Of a DNA stretch of 64,000 nt, positions 27,228 through 34,929 are shown piece after piece; positions within the stretch are counted from its first letter, which is position 1; the number at the start of each line of letters is the position of its first letter. The notes beneath the pieces are model-generated. The model saw nothing but the letters and a program-made list of their open reading frames with translations, did not search any database and had not been told where the DNA came from. A program made the position numbers and the translations under genes. Origin of the DNA: an uncultured bacterium (GTDB lineage Bacteria; Planctomycetota; Phycisphaerae; UBA1845); assembly GCA_965371245.1 (NCBI GenBank), contig CBDUXT010000022.1, positions 620-64,619 of the forward strand, in the 5' to 3' direction.

Positions 27228-28105
27228 CGGGCTCCCTCCCGTGCCCGCCGCACTGCCTTGGCCAACGCCCGTGTGGTAAGAACACCGATCAGTTCGCGGC
27301 GAAACGCGGCCGAGCCGCGAACGTCGGAGATCGGAGCAGCCTCGGTGGCGGCCATCTGAGCCGCCTTGGAAAACAGCTCCTCCGTAGGCGCCGAACCCAA
27401 CAGCAACTGGGACGCCCGGGTGGCGAGTTTGGGAATCGGCGACACCGCGCCGAGCACCACCCTGGCGTCCTCGATTGTTGCGTCCGCGGAAAGCCGCACA
27501 CTTGCCGCCACTGCGGCCACCGCGATCGCGTTGCCCTCTCGTAGACCGAAACGGACGTAAGCTGCACCGAATGCGGGGGGCGCATTCGGAATCTCGACGC
27601 CCGAGAGTATTTCATCCTCAAGTCGCGCGGTACGGCGCGGACCGAGGAAGAACTGTTCCAGCGGCACCAGGCGTTCACCCCGGGGGGACCACAACGCCAC
27701 GCTCGCATTCAGCGCGACGAAAACAGGAGGCAGATCGGCACAGGGCACGGCGCTGGCGAGGTTGCCGCCGACGGTGGCCAGATTCCGTACCTGCCGAACC
27801 GCCATGCTCCGTGTGGCATCCAGAATCGCCGGGTATCGGTCAGAAACCAGCGGTGCCTCGTCCAGCCGGGTGATGGTGGTCAGGGCCCCGATGCGCAGCG
27901 AGTCGCCGCGTAGCGCAACCCCTTTGAGTTCGTCTATGCGATTGATCGAGATGATGTGGTCGGCCGCGACCCGCTTGGCCTTGAGATCGACCAGGAGATC
28001 GGTTCCACCGGCAAGCAGCCTTGCGGTAGACCCAAACCGTTGAAGCAACTCAGACGCTTTGGCGAGCGTTGTCGCCTGATGAAGCTCGGCGGACGGTAAG
28101 TACAT
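27224..28105 (-). CDS. FAD-binding subunit of a molybdenum hydroxylase (CoxM/XdhB-like)
   Basis: LLAGGTDLLVDLK and ATVGGNLA FAD motifs, plus the CO_deh_flav_C tail (SDVRGSAAFRRELIGVL). ATG 28105 is preceded by GGAGAA. 4-nt overlap with the downstream gene. Only one Cys, so there is no 4Fe-4S insertion loop. Confidence 0.85.
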   Translation of the reverse strand: MYLPSAELHQATTLAKASELLQRFGSTARLLAGGTDLLVDLKAKRVAADHIISINRIDELKGVALRGDSLRIGALTTITRLDEAPLVSDRYPAILDATRSMAVRQVRNLATVGGNLASAVPCADLPPVFVALNASVALWSPRGERLVPLEQFFLGPRRTARLEDEILSGVEIPNAPPAFGAAYVRFGLREGNAIAVAAVAASVRLSADATIEDARVVLGAVSPIPKLATRASQLLLGSAPTEELFSKAAQMAATEAAPISDVRGSAAFRRELIGVLTTRALAKAVRRAREGAR

Positions 28106-28200
28106 GGTCGATTCTCCGAAGCGACGGGTTCTGTTGATGAACCAAAACGTCGGCAAATCGTCTTGACGGCGGCAAACTGTTTATGCTACGCAGTGTACTC

Positions 28201-28863
28201 CTACGACGGATTCCCGCTTGCCTCGGCGCTTCCGAAGAGGCCATGCAGAAACTGGTCGGTAATCTGGTTGGCGACCGTCCCGACGGCCGGACCGCGCTGC
28301 GGGTGGTACCAGCGATACAGCCAGTTCAAGGTGCCGAACAGCGCCATGGTCGTCACGTGTCGGTCGATCGTTCCGTTGCTGCCGCGCGAGTCGAGCACAC
28401 GATCGATGATGCCGCGGGTGACACCGTAGTACGCATGCCGGATGTCGCAGGTCTCGACGTAGGCGCTGCCGGTGAGCGAGTCCAATTCGTGCGAGCAGAC
28501 CTTCAGCGCCTCCATGTTGGCCGCAAAATAGGCGAGGTGCTCCCGGATCATGATCCGTAGTTGTTCGCGGGGGTCATCCACGCCGCAGATCTTCTCACGA
28601 AGGTTGTTGAGCAACGATCCGAAGGCGCGAAACTGGATGAGAAAGAGGATCCGCTCCTTGCTGTCAAAGTAGTGGTAGAGCCCGGCGAGGCTGACGCCGG
28701 AGGCCTTGGCGACCTCCCGCATCGATGCCTTTTCGTAGCCCAGACGCGCGATCGCGCCGGTGGCGGCCGAGAGGATGTGATTCACCCGCTCGTCGTAGGT
28801 TCCGCGGCCATCCGTGTTGGTGGTCGCCCGCCCGGCCACGAACGGTCGTTCTGGTTTATCCAT
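28201..28863 (-). CDS. TetR/AcrR family transcriptional regulator
   Basis: HTH segment ILSAATGAIARLGYEKASMREVAKASGVSLAGLYHYFDSKE. Confidence 0.9.
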   Translation of the reverse strand: MDKPERPFVAGRATTNTDGRGTYDERVNHILSAATGAIARLGYEKASMREVAKASGVSLAGLYHYFDSKERILFLIQFRAFGSLLNNLREKICGVDDPREQLRIMIREHLAYFAANMEALKVCSHELDSLTGSAYVETCDIRHAYYGVTRGIIDRVLDSRGSNGTIDRHVTTMALFGTLNWLYRWYHPQRGPAVGTVANQITDQFLHGLFGSAEASGNPS

Positions 28864-28960
28864 ATCTACATTACCGCCGTGGCGCCCATAACGAACATTT
28901 GCTCAAGCCCAGTGTCGTCCAATCGGACGGCCCTGTCAAGAAAAAAATCGCGGATTTCCG

Positions 28961-28988
28961 TTGACACGGGCATGAATTCGTCGATAAT
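28961..28988 (+). promoter_or_regulatory. candidate sigma70-type promoter for the plus-strand catabolic operon
   Basis: TTGACA (28961-28966), a 16-nt spacer, then GATAAT (28983-28988), in the divergent tetR/oah intergenic region. Confidence 0.4.
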
Positions 28989-29059
28989 TGGTCTGAGCGG
29001 CAAGGCTCGGCACCAGAGCGATCGAACCGATCCGGCCATGTCTTTCCGTGATAGACGAG

Positions 29060-29073
29060 CGAACGTACGTTCG
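29060..29073. promoter_or_regulatory. perfect 14-bp palindrome, candidate TetR operator
   Basis: CGAACGTACGTTCG, 36 nt upstream of the oah-like ATG and downstream of the candidate promoter. Confidence 0.4.
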
Positions 29074-29108
29074 GTTATATGCATCTTTTGGTCCTAAGGA
29101 GACCCAAG

Positions 29109-30245
29109 ATGGCCATGTTCCCGCCCAGATCGGCCCAGTCGCTCGAGTTGCGCGAGGTCCGCTACCACAAGCAGGGCTGGGTCGCCCACATCGCGCTTGA
29201 CCGCCCCCACAACTACAACGCCTACAGCACGCCGGCGCTGACCGAGTTGGCCGCCGCCTTTCAGGACGCCTCCTGGGACGACCGCGTGGCGGTCGTCGTG
29301 TTCACCGGCGTGGGCGACCGCGCGTTTTGTACGGGCGGTGACGTCAAAGAGTACCAGGAGTCGTACACACAGAAGCCACGCGACTACTGGAAGTACATGT
29401 CCTGCTTCAAGGCTTACATCGAGTCCATTACGAACTGCTCCAAGCCGGTGATCGCGCGGCTCAACGGGATGGCCGTCGGCGGCGGGAACGAAAGCCAGCT
29501 TGCGTGTGACCTGTCCGTCATGGGCGAGCACGCGTTCATCGCGCAGGTCGGTACGAACGTCGGTTCGGTGGCGTGCGGCGGTTCGACGCAGTGGCTTCCG
29601 CTTCACGTCGGTGACCGCAAAGCACGCGGGATGTTGTTTCTCAATCAGCGGTACGGGGCGTTCACCTCACTGGCGATGGGGCTGGTCAACGTGGTCGCGC
29701 CGACGGTCAAGGGACCCGATGGCGCCTTCGTGACCAGGTTCACGGGTGGTCGAACGTACCTGGCCGACTGGAACACCGATCCGTGGGAGCAGCCGTTCGA
29801 GTCGCGCGCGACGCCGGAGCAGGTGAAGAAGGCTCAGAAGGGCATCGACGGATTCACGCTCGACCTCTCGGCCGTGGACGAAGCGGTCGCCGAACTTTGC
29901 GACCAGATCGTTCACAAGTTCTCGGAATGTACGCGGTACACGAAGGCTCAGGTCAATTTTTGGAAGGACGCGGCGTGGCATGCCACGGTGGGGCACGCGC
30001 GCGACTGGCTCTCTGTTCATTACACAAGTCTCGAGCCGCACGAGGGCATGTCGGCGTTCGTCGAGAAGCGCAAAGCCAACTATGTGGGGCTGCGTGAACG
30101 TGCGGCCGACCCCGCGGGATCGAGCGAGTTTCTGTGGGGTCCGTATGCCCACACCTGCATGGAGTGCGGCGCCAAGGGGATCCCTCGCGCCTTCGAGTTC
30201 TGCGGAAAGTGCGGGGCGGCGCTCAAGGCACCGGTGGCGACGTAG
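29109..30245 (+). CDS. crotonase-superfamily ring-cleaving hydrolase, Oah/BamA-like (6-oxocyclohex-1-ene-1-carbonyl-CoA hydrolase-like) with C-terminal zinc ribbon
   Basis: MenB/BadI/Oah-type core (AFCTGGDVKEY, LNGMAVGGGNESQLACDL). NYNAYST resembles the QYNSYTT region targeted by bamA primers. Long Oah-type insertion. C-terminal CMECG...CGKCG. AAGGAG RBS before ATG 29109. Confidence 0.65.
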   Translation: MAMFPPRSAQSLELREVRYHKQGWVAHIALDRPHNYNAYSTPALTELAAAFQDASWDDRVAVVVFTGVGDRAFCTGGDVKEYQESYTQKPRDYWKYMSCFKAYIESITNCSKPVIARLNGMAVGGGNESQLACDLSVMGEHAFIAQVGTNVGSVACGGSTQWLPLHVGDRKARGMLFLNQRYGAFTSLAMGLVNVVAPTVKGPDGAFVTRFTGGRTYLADWNTDPWEQPFESRATPEQVKKAQKGIDGFTLDLSAVDEAVAELCDQIVHKFSECTRYTKAQVNFWKDAAWHATVGHARDWLSVHYTSLEPHEGMSAFVEKRKANYVGLRERAADPAGSSEFLWGPYAHTCMECGAKGIPRAFEFCGKCGAALKAPVAT

Positions 30246-30267
30246 CGGGATCGACAGGGAGCGGCGC

Positions 30268-31008
30268 ATGCCCGCGGTTCGACGAGCACTGGTGACCGGC
30301 GGCGCCCGCGGCATCGGTCGTTGCATTGCGACGACGCTGGCACGCGACGGATGCGACGTATGTGTGCTGGACCGCGAGCCGGCGGATGACACCGATATGT
30401 TTGCTTCCGAGATCGAATCTCTCGGTCGAAAGTGCCTGACGCTCACCGGCGACGTGCGTGATGTGGCCGCCGTGCGCGACGCGATCGAATCGGTCGTGGG
30501 GCGGTGGGGCGGCATCGATGTCCTGGTCAACAACGCCGGCATCGTGCGGGATCAAGTCAGTTGGAAGATGAGCGACGACCAATGGCGCGACGTCATCGAC
30601 GTCAACTTGACCGGTGCTTTTTACGTCTGTCGGGCGGTCATTCCCCACATGCGCGAGGCCGGGTGCGGCACGATCATCAATCTTTCGAGCATCAATGGGA
30701 TGCGCGGGAAGTTCGGGCAGGCCAACTACGCCGCGTCCAAGGCGGGCTTGATCGGGCTGACCAAGTCGCTGGCAAGAGAAGTGGCACGGTTCGACATCAC
30801 CGTCAACGCCGTGGCGCCGGGTCTGATCGAGACGGACATTGTGCGGTCCATGTCGGCGGACGCGCTCAAGCAGTCGGCGGGCGAAATCCTTGTGAATCGC
30901 CTGGGGCGCGTGGAGGACGTGGCGGAAGCCGTGGCGTTTCTGGCGAGCGATCGCGCGCGCTTCATCACCGGCGAAGTGCTGCGCGTGGACGGCGGACAAT
31001 ACATCTAG
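30268..31008 (+). CDS. short-chain dehydrogenase/reductase (FabG-like)
   Basis: TGGARGIG, NNAG and the YAASKAG catalytic motif, 246 aa. Confidence 0.88.
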   Translation: MPAVRRALVTGGARGIGRCIATTLARDGCDVCVLDREPADDTDMFASEIESLGRKCLTLTGDVRDVAAVRDAIESVVGRWGGIDVLVNNAGIVRDQVSWKMSDDQWRDVIDVNLTGAFYVCRAVIPHMREAGCGTIINLSSINGMRGKFGQANYAASKAGLIGLTKSLAREVARFDITVNAVAPGLIETDIVRSMSADALKQSAGEILVNRLGRVEDVAEAVAFLASDRARFITGEVLRVDGGQYI

Positions 31009-31020
31009 GGACGAGTTGCC

Positions 31021-31791
31021 ATGAGCAAGTATGACTACTTCGACGTGGGCGTAGCGGACGGGGTGGCCACGGTCACGATGCGGCGCGAACCGCTCAATGT
31101 GCTGCACAACCCCATGATGGCGGAGTTCAACACGATCCTGGAGACGACGCTCTGTGGCTCGAACCTGGCGGCCATCGTGATCCGCGCGGCCGGCAAGGCG
31201 TTCAGCGCCGGCGTCGATGTCGGTGATCATGCGCCCGACAGCGTCGCGGACATGATTCGTCTGTTCCACGGCATTTTCAGGAAGCTGGCCGCCACCGACG
31301 CGGTCACCATCGCCGCGGTGCAGGGCGCGGCGCTGGGCGGCGGATGCGAGCTGGCTTGTTTCTGTGACATCGTACTGGCATCCGAACGCGCCAAATTCGG
31401 CCAGCCGGAGGTTCAGGTCGGCGTGTTCCCGCCGGTGGCGGCGTGCGTGCTTCCCGGACAGGTGGGTATCAAGAAGGCCATCGAGCTCAACGCGCTAGGG
31501 CACACGATCGGCGCGGCGGAGGCCCATCGCATCGGACTGGTCAACCAGGTATTCCCCACGGAATCGTTTGACGAAAGCGTAGAGACGTACCTGGACGACA
31601 TCCGCAAGCTCTCTCGACCCGTGGTGCGCCTGTCGAAGCGAGCGACCTGTTTGGTGTGGCGTGAGCGGGTGCTCGCCCATCTGGATCGGACCGAAGCGCT
31701 CTATCTTGATGAGCTCATGAAGCTTCGGGACGCGAGGGAAGGTATCGCGGCCTTTGTCGAAAAACGAAGCCCCAACTGGTGTCATGCATGA
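31021..31791 (+). CDS. enoyl-CoA hydratase, Dch/BamR-like (cyclohexa-1,5-diene-1-carbonyl-CoA hydratase-like)
   Basis: 256-aa crotonase. FGQPEVQVGVFPPVAACVLP and C-terminal EALYLDELMKLRDAREGIAAFVEKRSPNW resemble my recollection of Thauera Dch. Context includes Oah-like and Had-like genes. Confidence 0.75.
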   Translation: MSKYDYFDVGVADGVATVTMRREPLNVLHNPMMAEFNTILETTLCGSNLAAIVIRAAGKAFSAGVDVGDHAPDSVADMIRLFHGIFRKLAATDAVTIAAVQGAALGGGCELACFCDIVLASERAKFGQPEVQVGVFPPVAACVLPGQVGIKKAIELNALGHTIGAAEAHRIGLVNQVFPTESFDESVETYLDDIRKLSRPVVRLSKRATCLVWRERVLAHLDRTEALYLDELMKLRDAREGIAAFVEKRSPNWCHA

Positions 31792-31834
31792 TGCGCCGGA
31801 ACAAGATCACGCGCTCCACGGAGGATAAGCAACC

Positions 31835-32857
31835 ATGAAAGCGGCAGTGTTTCACGGCGACGACGTCGGTTTGAAGATCGAAGACATTCCGATTCCAACG
31901 ATCGGCGCACACGAAATCCTCGTGAAGGTGGCGGCCTGCGGCGTGTGTCACACCGACCTGCACTACATCGAACACGGCGTGCCGACCTTCAAGAAACCGC
32001 CGCTCGTGTTGGGGCACGAGGCGTCGGGCGTTGTCGAAGAGGTCGGCGGCGAGGTGGAGCATCTCGCCAAAGGGCAGCGTGTGCTGATCCCGGCGGTGCT
32101 GACCTGCGGCAAGTGCATGTTCTGCCGCATGGGCCGTGAAAACATCTGCGCCGACATGACCATGCTCGGCAACCACATCGACGGCGCGTACGCCGAGTTC
32201 GTGGCGGTTCCGGCGAAGGACGTGCTCGACCTGCCGGAATCGATCCCGCTCCATGAGGCGTCGATCATCGCGGACGCGCTCTCCACACCGTATCACGCGG
32301 TCAAGAACCGCGCACGGGTCCAACCCGGCGATACCGTCGTGATCTTCGGGTGCGGCGGCGTGGGCATGGGCGCGGTGCAGGTCGCGGTGGCGAGCGGCGC
32401 CTATGTCATCGCCGTTGATATGAATGAGCGCAAGCTGCAATGGGCGTCCGACTTCGGGTCCGTCAAGACCATCAACGCATCGAAGTTCGAGCGGGTCAGC
32501 AAGGAGGTCAAGAAGCTCACGGGCGGCGGCGCGGACATCGCGATGGAGGTGATCGGCAACCCACGAACGATCGAGGAGGCGTTCGAGTGCGTACGCGTCG
32601 GCGGGCGACTGTGTGTCGTCGGTTATACGCACGAAAAGATATCGCTGGTGGCGGGCAAGATCATGTTCAAGGAGATCGAAGTCGTCGGCTCTTTGGGGTG
32701 TCGACCGCTCGATTACCGGCCGCTGATTCGAATGGTGGAGACCGGCGTGATCGACGTGAAGCGTCAGGTCACGCACCGGTTCAAGCTGGAGGAATTGGAA
32801 CGGGCGTTCGCGGTGATGAAAGAGGGCGTGTCGTTGCGGTCCATCGTGACGCCGTAA
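31835..32857 (+). CDS. Zn-dependent alcohol dehydrogenase, Had-like candidate (6-hydroxycyclohex-1-ene-1-carbonyl-CoA dehydrogenase)
   Basis: GVCHTDLH, GHEASGVVEEVG, structural-Zn Cys cluster CGKCMFCRMGRENIC, Rossmann VIFGCGGVG. Confidence 0.75.
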   Translation: MKAAVFHGDDVGLKIEDIPIPTIGAHEILVKVAACGVCHTDLHYIEHGVPTFKKPPLVLGHEASGVVEEVGGEVEHLAKGQRVLIPAVLTCGKCMFCRMGRENICADMTMLGNHIDGAYAEFVAVPAKDVLDLPESIPLHEASIIADALSTPYHAVKNRARVQPGDTVVIFGCGGVGMGAVQVAVASGAYVIAVDMNERKLQWASDFGSVKTINASKFERVSKEVKKLTGGGADIAMEVIGNPRTIEEAFECVRVGGRLCVVGYTHEKISLVAGKIMFKEIEVVGSLGCRPLDYRPLIRMVETGVIDVKRQVTHRFKLEELERAFAVMKEGVSLRSIVTP

Positions 32858-34114
32858 ATGCGAGCTGAGATGAGCACGATCGCGGTCAAACGAGTTGAGA
32901 TCAAGGCGCAACAGCGGCTGGGCGCGCTGATGCGCGAGCATTTTCTCGACCTCGACGCGGCCGCCCATGATCCGCAGCGCAACGTGGCGTGGTGTACCTC
33001 CGTCGGACCGTGCGAGATTCTGACGGCCATGGGGTTCGAGGTGTACTTCCCGGAGAATCACGGGGCGCTACTCGGTGCGCGGCGCGTCAGCCACGAACTC
33101 ATCCCGCGGGCGGTCGGCATCGGCTACGGCGCGGAGTCGTGTTCCTACATGACCAGCGACATCGGTTCGGCGCTGGCGGGGGTGAGCCCGCTGACGGAGG
33201 CGTTCGGCATCGCCGGCCCGCCGACGCCTGATCTGTTGGTCTACAGCACCAATCAATGCCGCGAGGTGCAGGACTGGTGGAACTTCCACGGCCGGCGCAG
33301 CGGCGCCGCCGTGATGGGCGTGTGTCCGCCCACGCACCTGGGCGAAGTGACGGGTGAACACGTCGCCTTCGTTCGCGGCCTGTTGGAACGGCTGATCGAA
33401 CAGATCGAGCGTCGATTGGGAGCCACGTTGGATCGTGATCGCCTAAAGGAAGTGGTGACGCTGTCCAGCCGGGCGAGCCACCTGTGGCGGCAGGTGCTCG
33501 ATACGGCGCGAGCCCATCCGTCGGCGATGACCTTCTTCGACGGTGTGATTCATATGGCGCCCGTGATCCTCATGCGCGGGTCGAAAAAAGCGATTGATTA
33601 CTACGAAGAGCTGCTCGCCGAGTTGAATCAGCGGGTTGCCGACGGCGTGGGCGCCGTGCCCGACGAACGCTTTCGCATTTATTGGGAGGGGATGCCGATC
33701 TGGCCGAAGGTGCGTGAGCTGGCGGAGAAGTTTTTTGACCTGCGCACTGTCGTCGCCGCGAGCACCTACTGTAACTCATGGGCGTTCGGCGAGTTCGACG
33801 GCGGCGATCCGGTTGAGTGGATGGCGCGGACCAGCATCGAGATCTTCATCAACCGCGATGAGGTTACAAAGCAGGGTTTTCTCGAGGAGATGTTCGAGCG
33901 ATTCGAGATCGACGGCGCGATCTTCCACAACGCACGAACGTGCCCGAACAACACGAACTCGCGTTTTGGCATGGCTCAACGCATTCGCGAAGAAAGGGGT
34001 ATGCCGGTGCTGGTGATCGACGGCGACCTCAGTGACGTGCGGTTCTTTTCGACGGCGCAGACGATGACCAACATCGAGGCGTTTGTCGAACAGCTCGAGG
34101 AGCACACGCGATGA
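32858..34114 (+). CDS. benzoyl-CoA reductase/2-hydroxyacyl-CoA dehydratase superfamily protein, orphan single subunit (DCCP-like candidate)
   Basis: 418 aa. Paralogous by eye to the BcrB-like protein at 43440 (FRIYWEGMPIWP vs FRIVVEGPPPYP; HNARTCPNN vs HSIKSCRLF; DLSDVRFFS vs DLEDPRYY). Seven Cys. No partner subunit adjacent. ATGA overlap with the activase gene. Confidence 0.8.
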   Translation: MRAEMSTIAVKRVEIKAQQRLGALMREHFLDLDAAAHDPQRNVAWCTSVGPCEILTAMGFEVYFPENHGALLGARRVSHELIPRAVGIGYGAESCSYMTSDIGSALAGVSPLTEAFGIAGPPTPDLLVYSTNQCREVQDWWNFHGRRSGAAVMGVCPPTHLGEVTGEHVAFVRGLLERLIEQIERRLGATLDRDRLKEVVTLSSRASHLWRQVLDTARAHPSAMTFFDGVIHMAPVILMRGSKKAIDYYEELLAELNQRVADGVGAVPDERFRIYWEGMPIWPKVRELAEKFFDLRTVVAASTYCNSWAFGEFDGGDPVEWMARTSIEIFINRDEVTKQGFLEEMFERFEIDGAIFHNARTCPNNTNSRFGMAQRIREERGMPVLVIDGDLSDVRFFSTAQTMTNIEAFVEQLEEHTR

Positions 34115-34929
34115 GCGGCGCTCTTTTTGTCGGCATCGATGTCGGATCATCGGCGACCAAGTGCGTCGTGCTCGACGAAAGCGCGACCCTGGTCGGACAC
34201 CACGTGGTCAACTCGGGTTTCGACTACGTCGAGGCGGCCCGGGTCGCACTTCACCACGCCCTGGCTGCGGCCGAGGTCGAGAAACCCGACATCAAACGCT
34301 GCGTGGCCACCGGATACGGACGCGAGCGTGTCGCGCTGGCGGATCGGCGCGTCACTGAAATCACCTGTCATGCGCGCGGCGCCCGCGAGTGGTACCCCGC
34401 GGTACGCAGCATCATCGACGTCGGCGGACAGGACACGAAGGTCATTCGCCTGGGCGAAAACGGGCGCATGGCGGACTACCGCATGAACGCCAAGTGTGCG
34501 GCGGGTACGGGTACGTTTCTCGAATCGATCGCGCACAAGCTCGGGCTTTCGCTGGGGCGCCTGGACGAACTGGCGATGACCTCAACAGAGCGGGTTGTGG
34601 TCAACAGCTACTGCACGGTCTTCGCCGCAACGGAGGTGATCGAGCGGATCAAGGAGGGACAGCCGCCGCGAGATATCGCGATGGGGCTGTTTCGTTCGAT
34701 CGCGACGCGCGTGACGGAGATGCTGGCCGCTCGTGACGGCGCCGTCGCGGTGACCGGCGGCGTGGCGGCCCACTGTCGGGCCTTGGTGCGAGCCCTGGAA
34801 GAAGTGCTTGAGACCGAGGTGCTGTTACCGCCGATGCCGCAGCACGCCGGAGCCTACGGAGCGGCCTTGCTCGCCGCCGAAACGGATGATGTACATAGGA
34901 GCTCGAAGAGCCATGCTGCGTACCGGTGA
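34111..34929 (+). CDS. BcrAD/BadFG/HgdC-type activase ATPase (ASKHA fold, bridging 4Fe-4S)
   Basis: GIDVGSSATKCVVLD, IDVGGQDTKVI, KCAAGTGTFLE and SYCTVFAATEV (the two cluster Cys), 272 aa. Confidence 0.9.
   Translation: MSGALFVGIDVGSSATKCVVLDESATLVGHHVVNSGFDYVEAARVALHHALAAAEVEKPDIKRCVATGYGRERVALADRRVTEITCHARGAREWYPAVRSIIDVGGQDTKVIRLGENGRMADYRMNAKCAAGTGTFLESIAHKLGLSLGRLDELAMTSTERVVVNSYCTVFAATEVIERIKEGQPPRDIAMGLFRSIATRVTEMLAARDGAVAVTGGVAAHCRALVRALEEVLETEVLLPPMPQHAGAYGAALLAAETDDVHRSSKSHAAYR

Noticed and set aside
24330-28105. Assignment as 4-hydroxybenzoyl-CoA reductase (HcrABC), based on its position next to benzoyl-CoA genes
   Set aside because: The FAD subunit (293 aa, one Cys) lacks the Cys-rich insertion that binds the extra 4Fe-4S cluster characteristic of 4-HBCR. 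The subunit organisation also differs. It is kept as a generic Mo-hydroxylase of unknown substrate.
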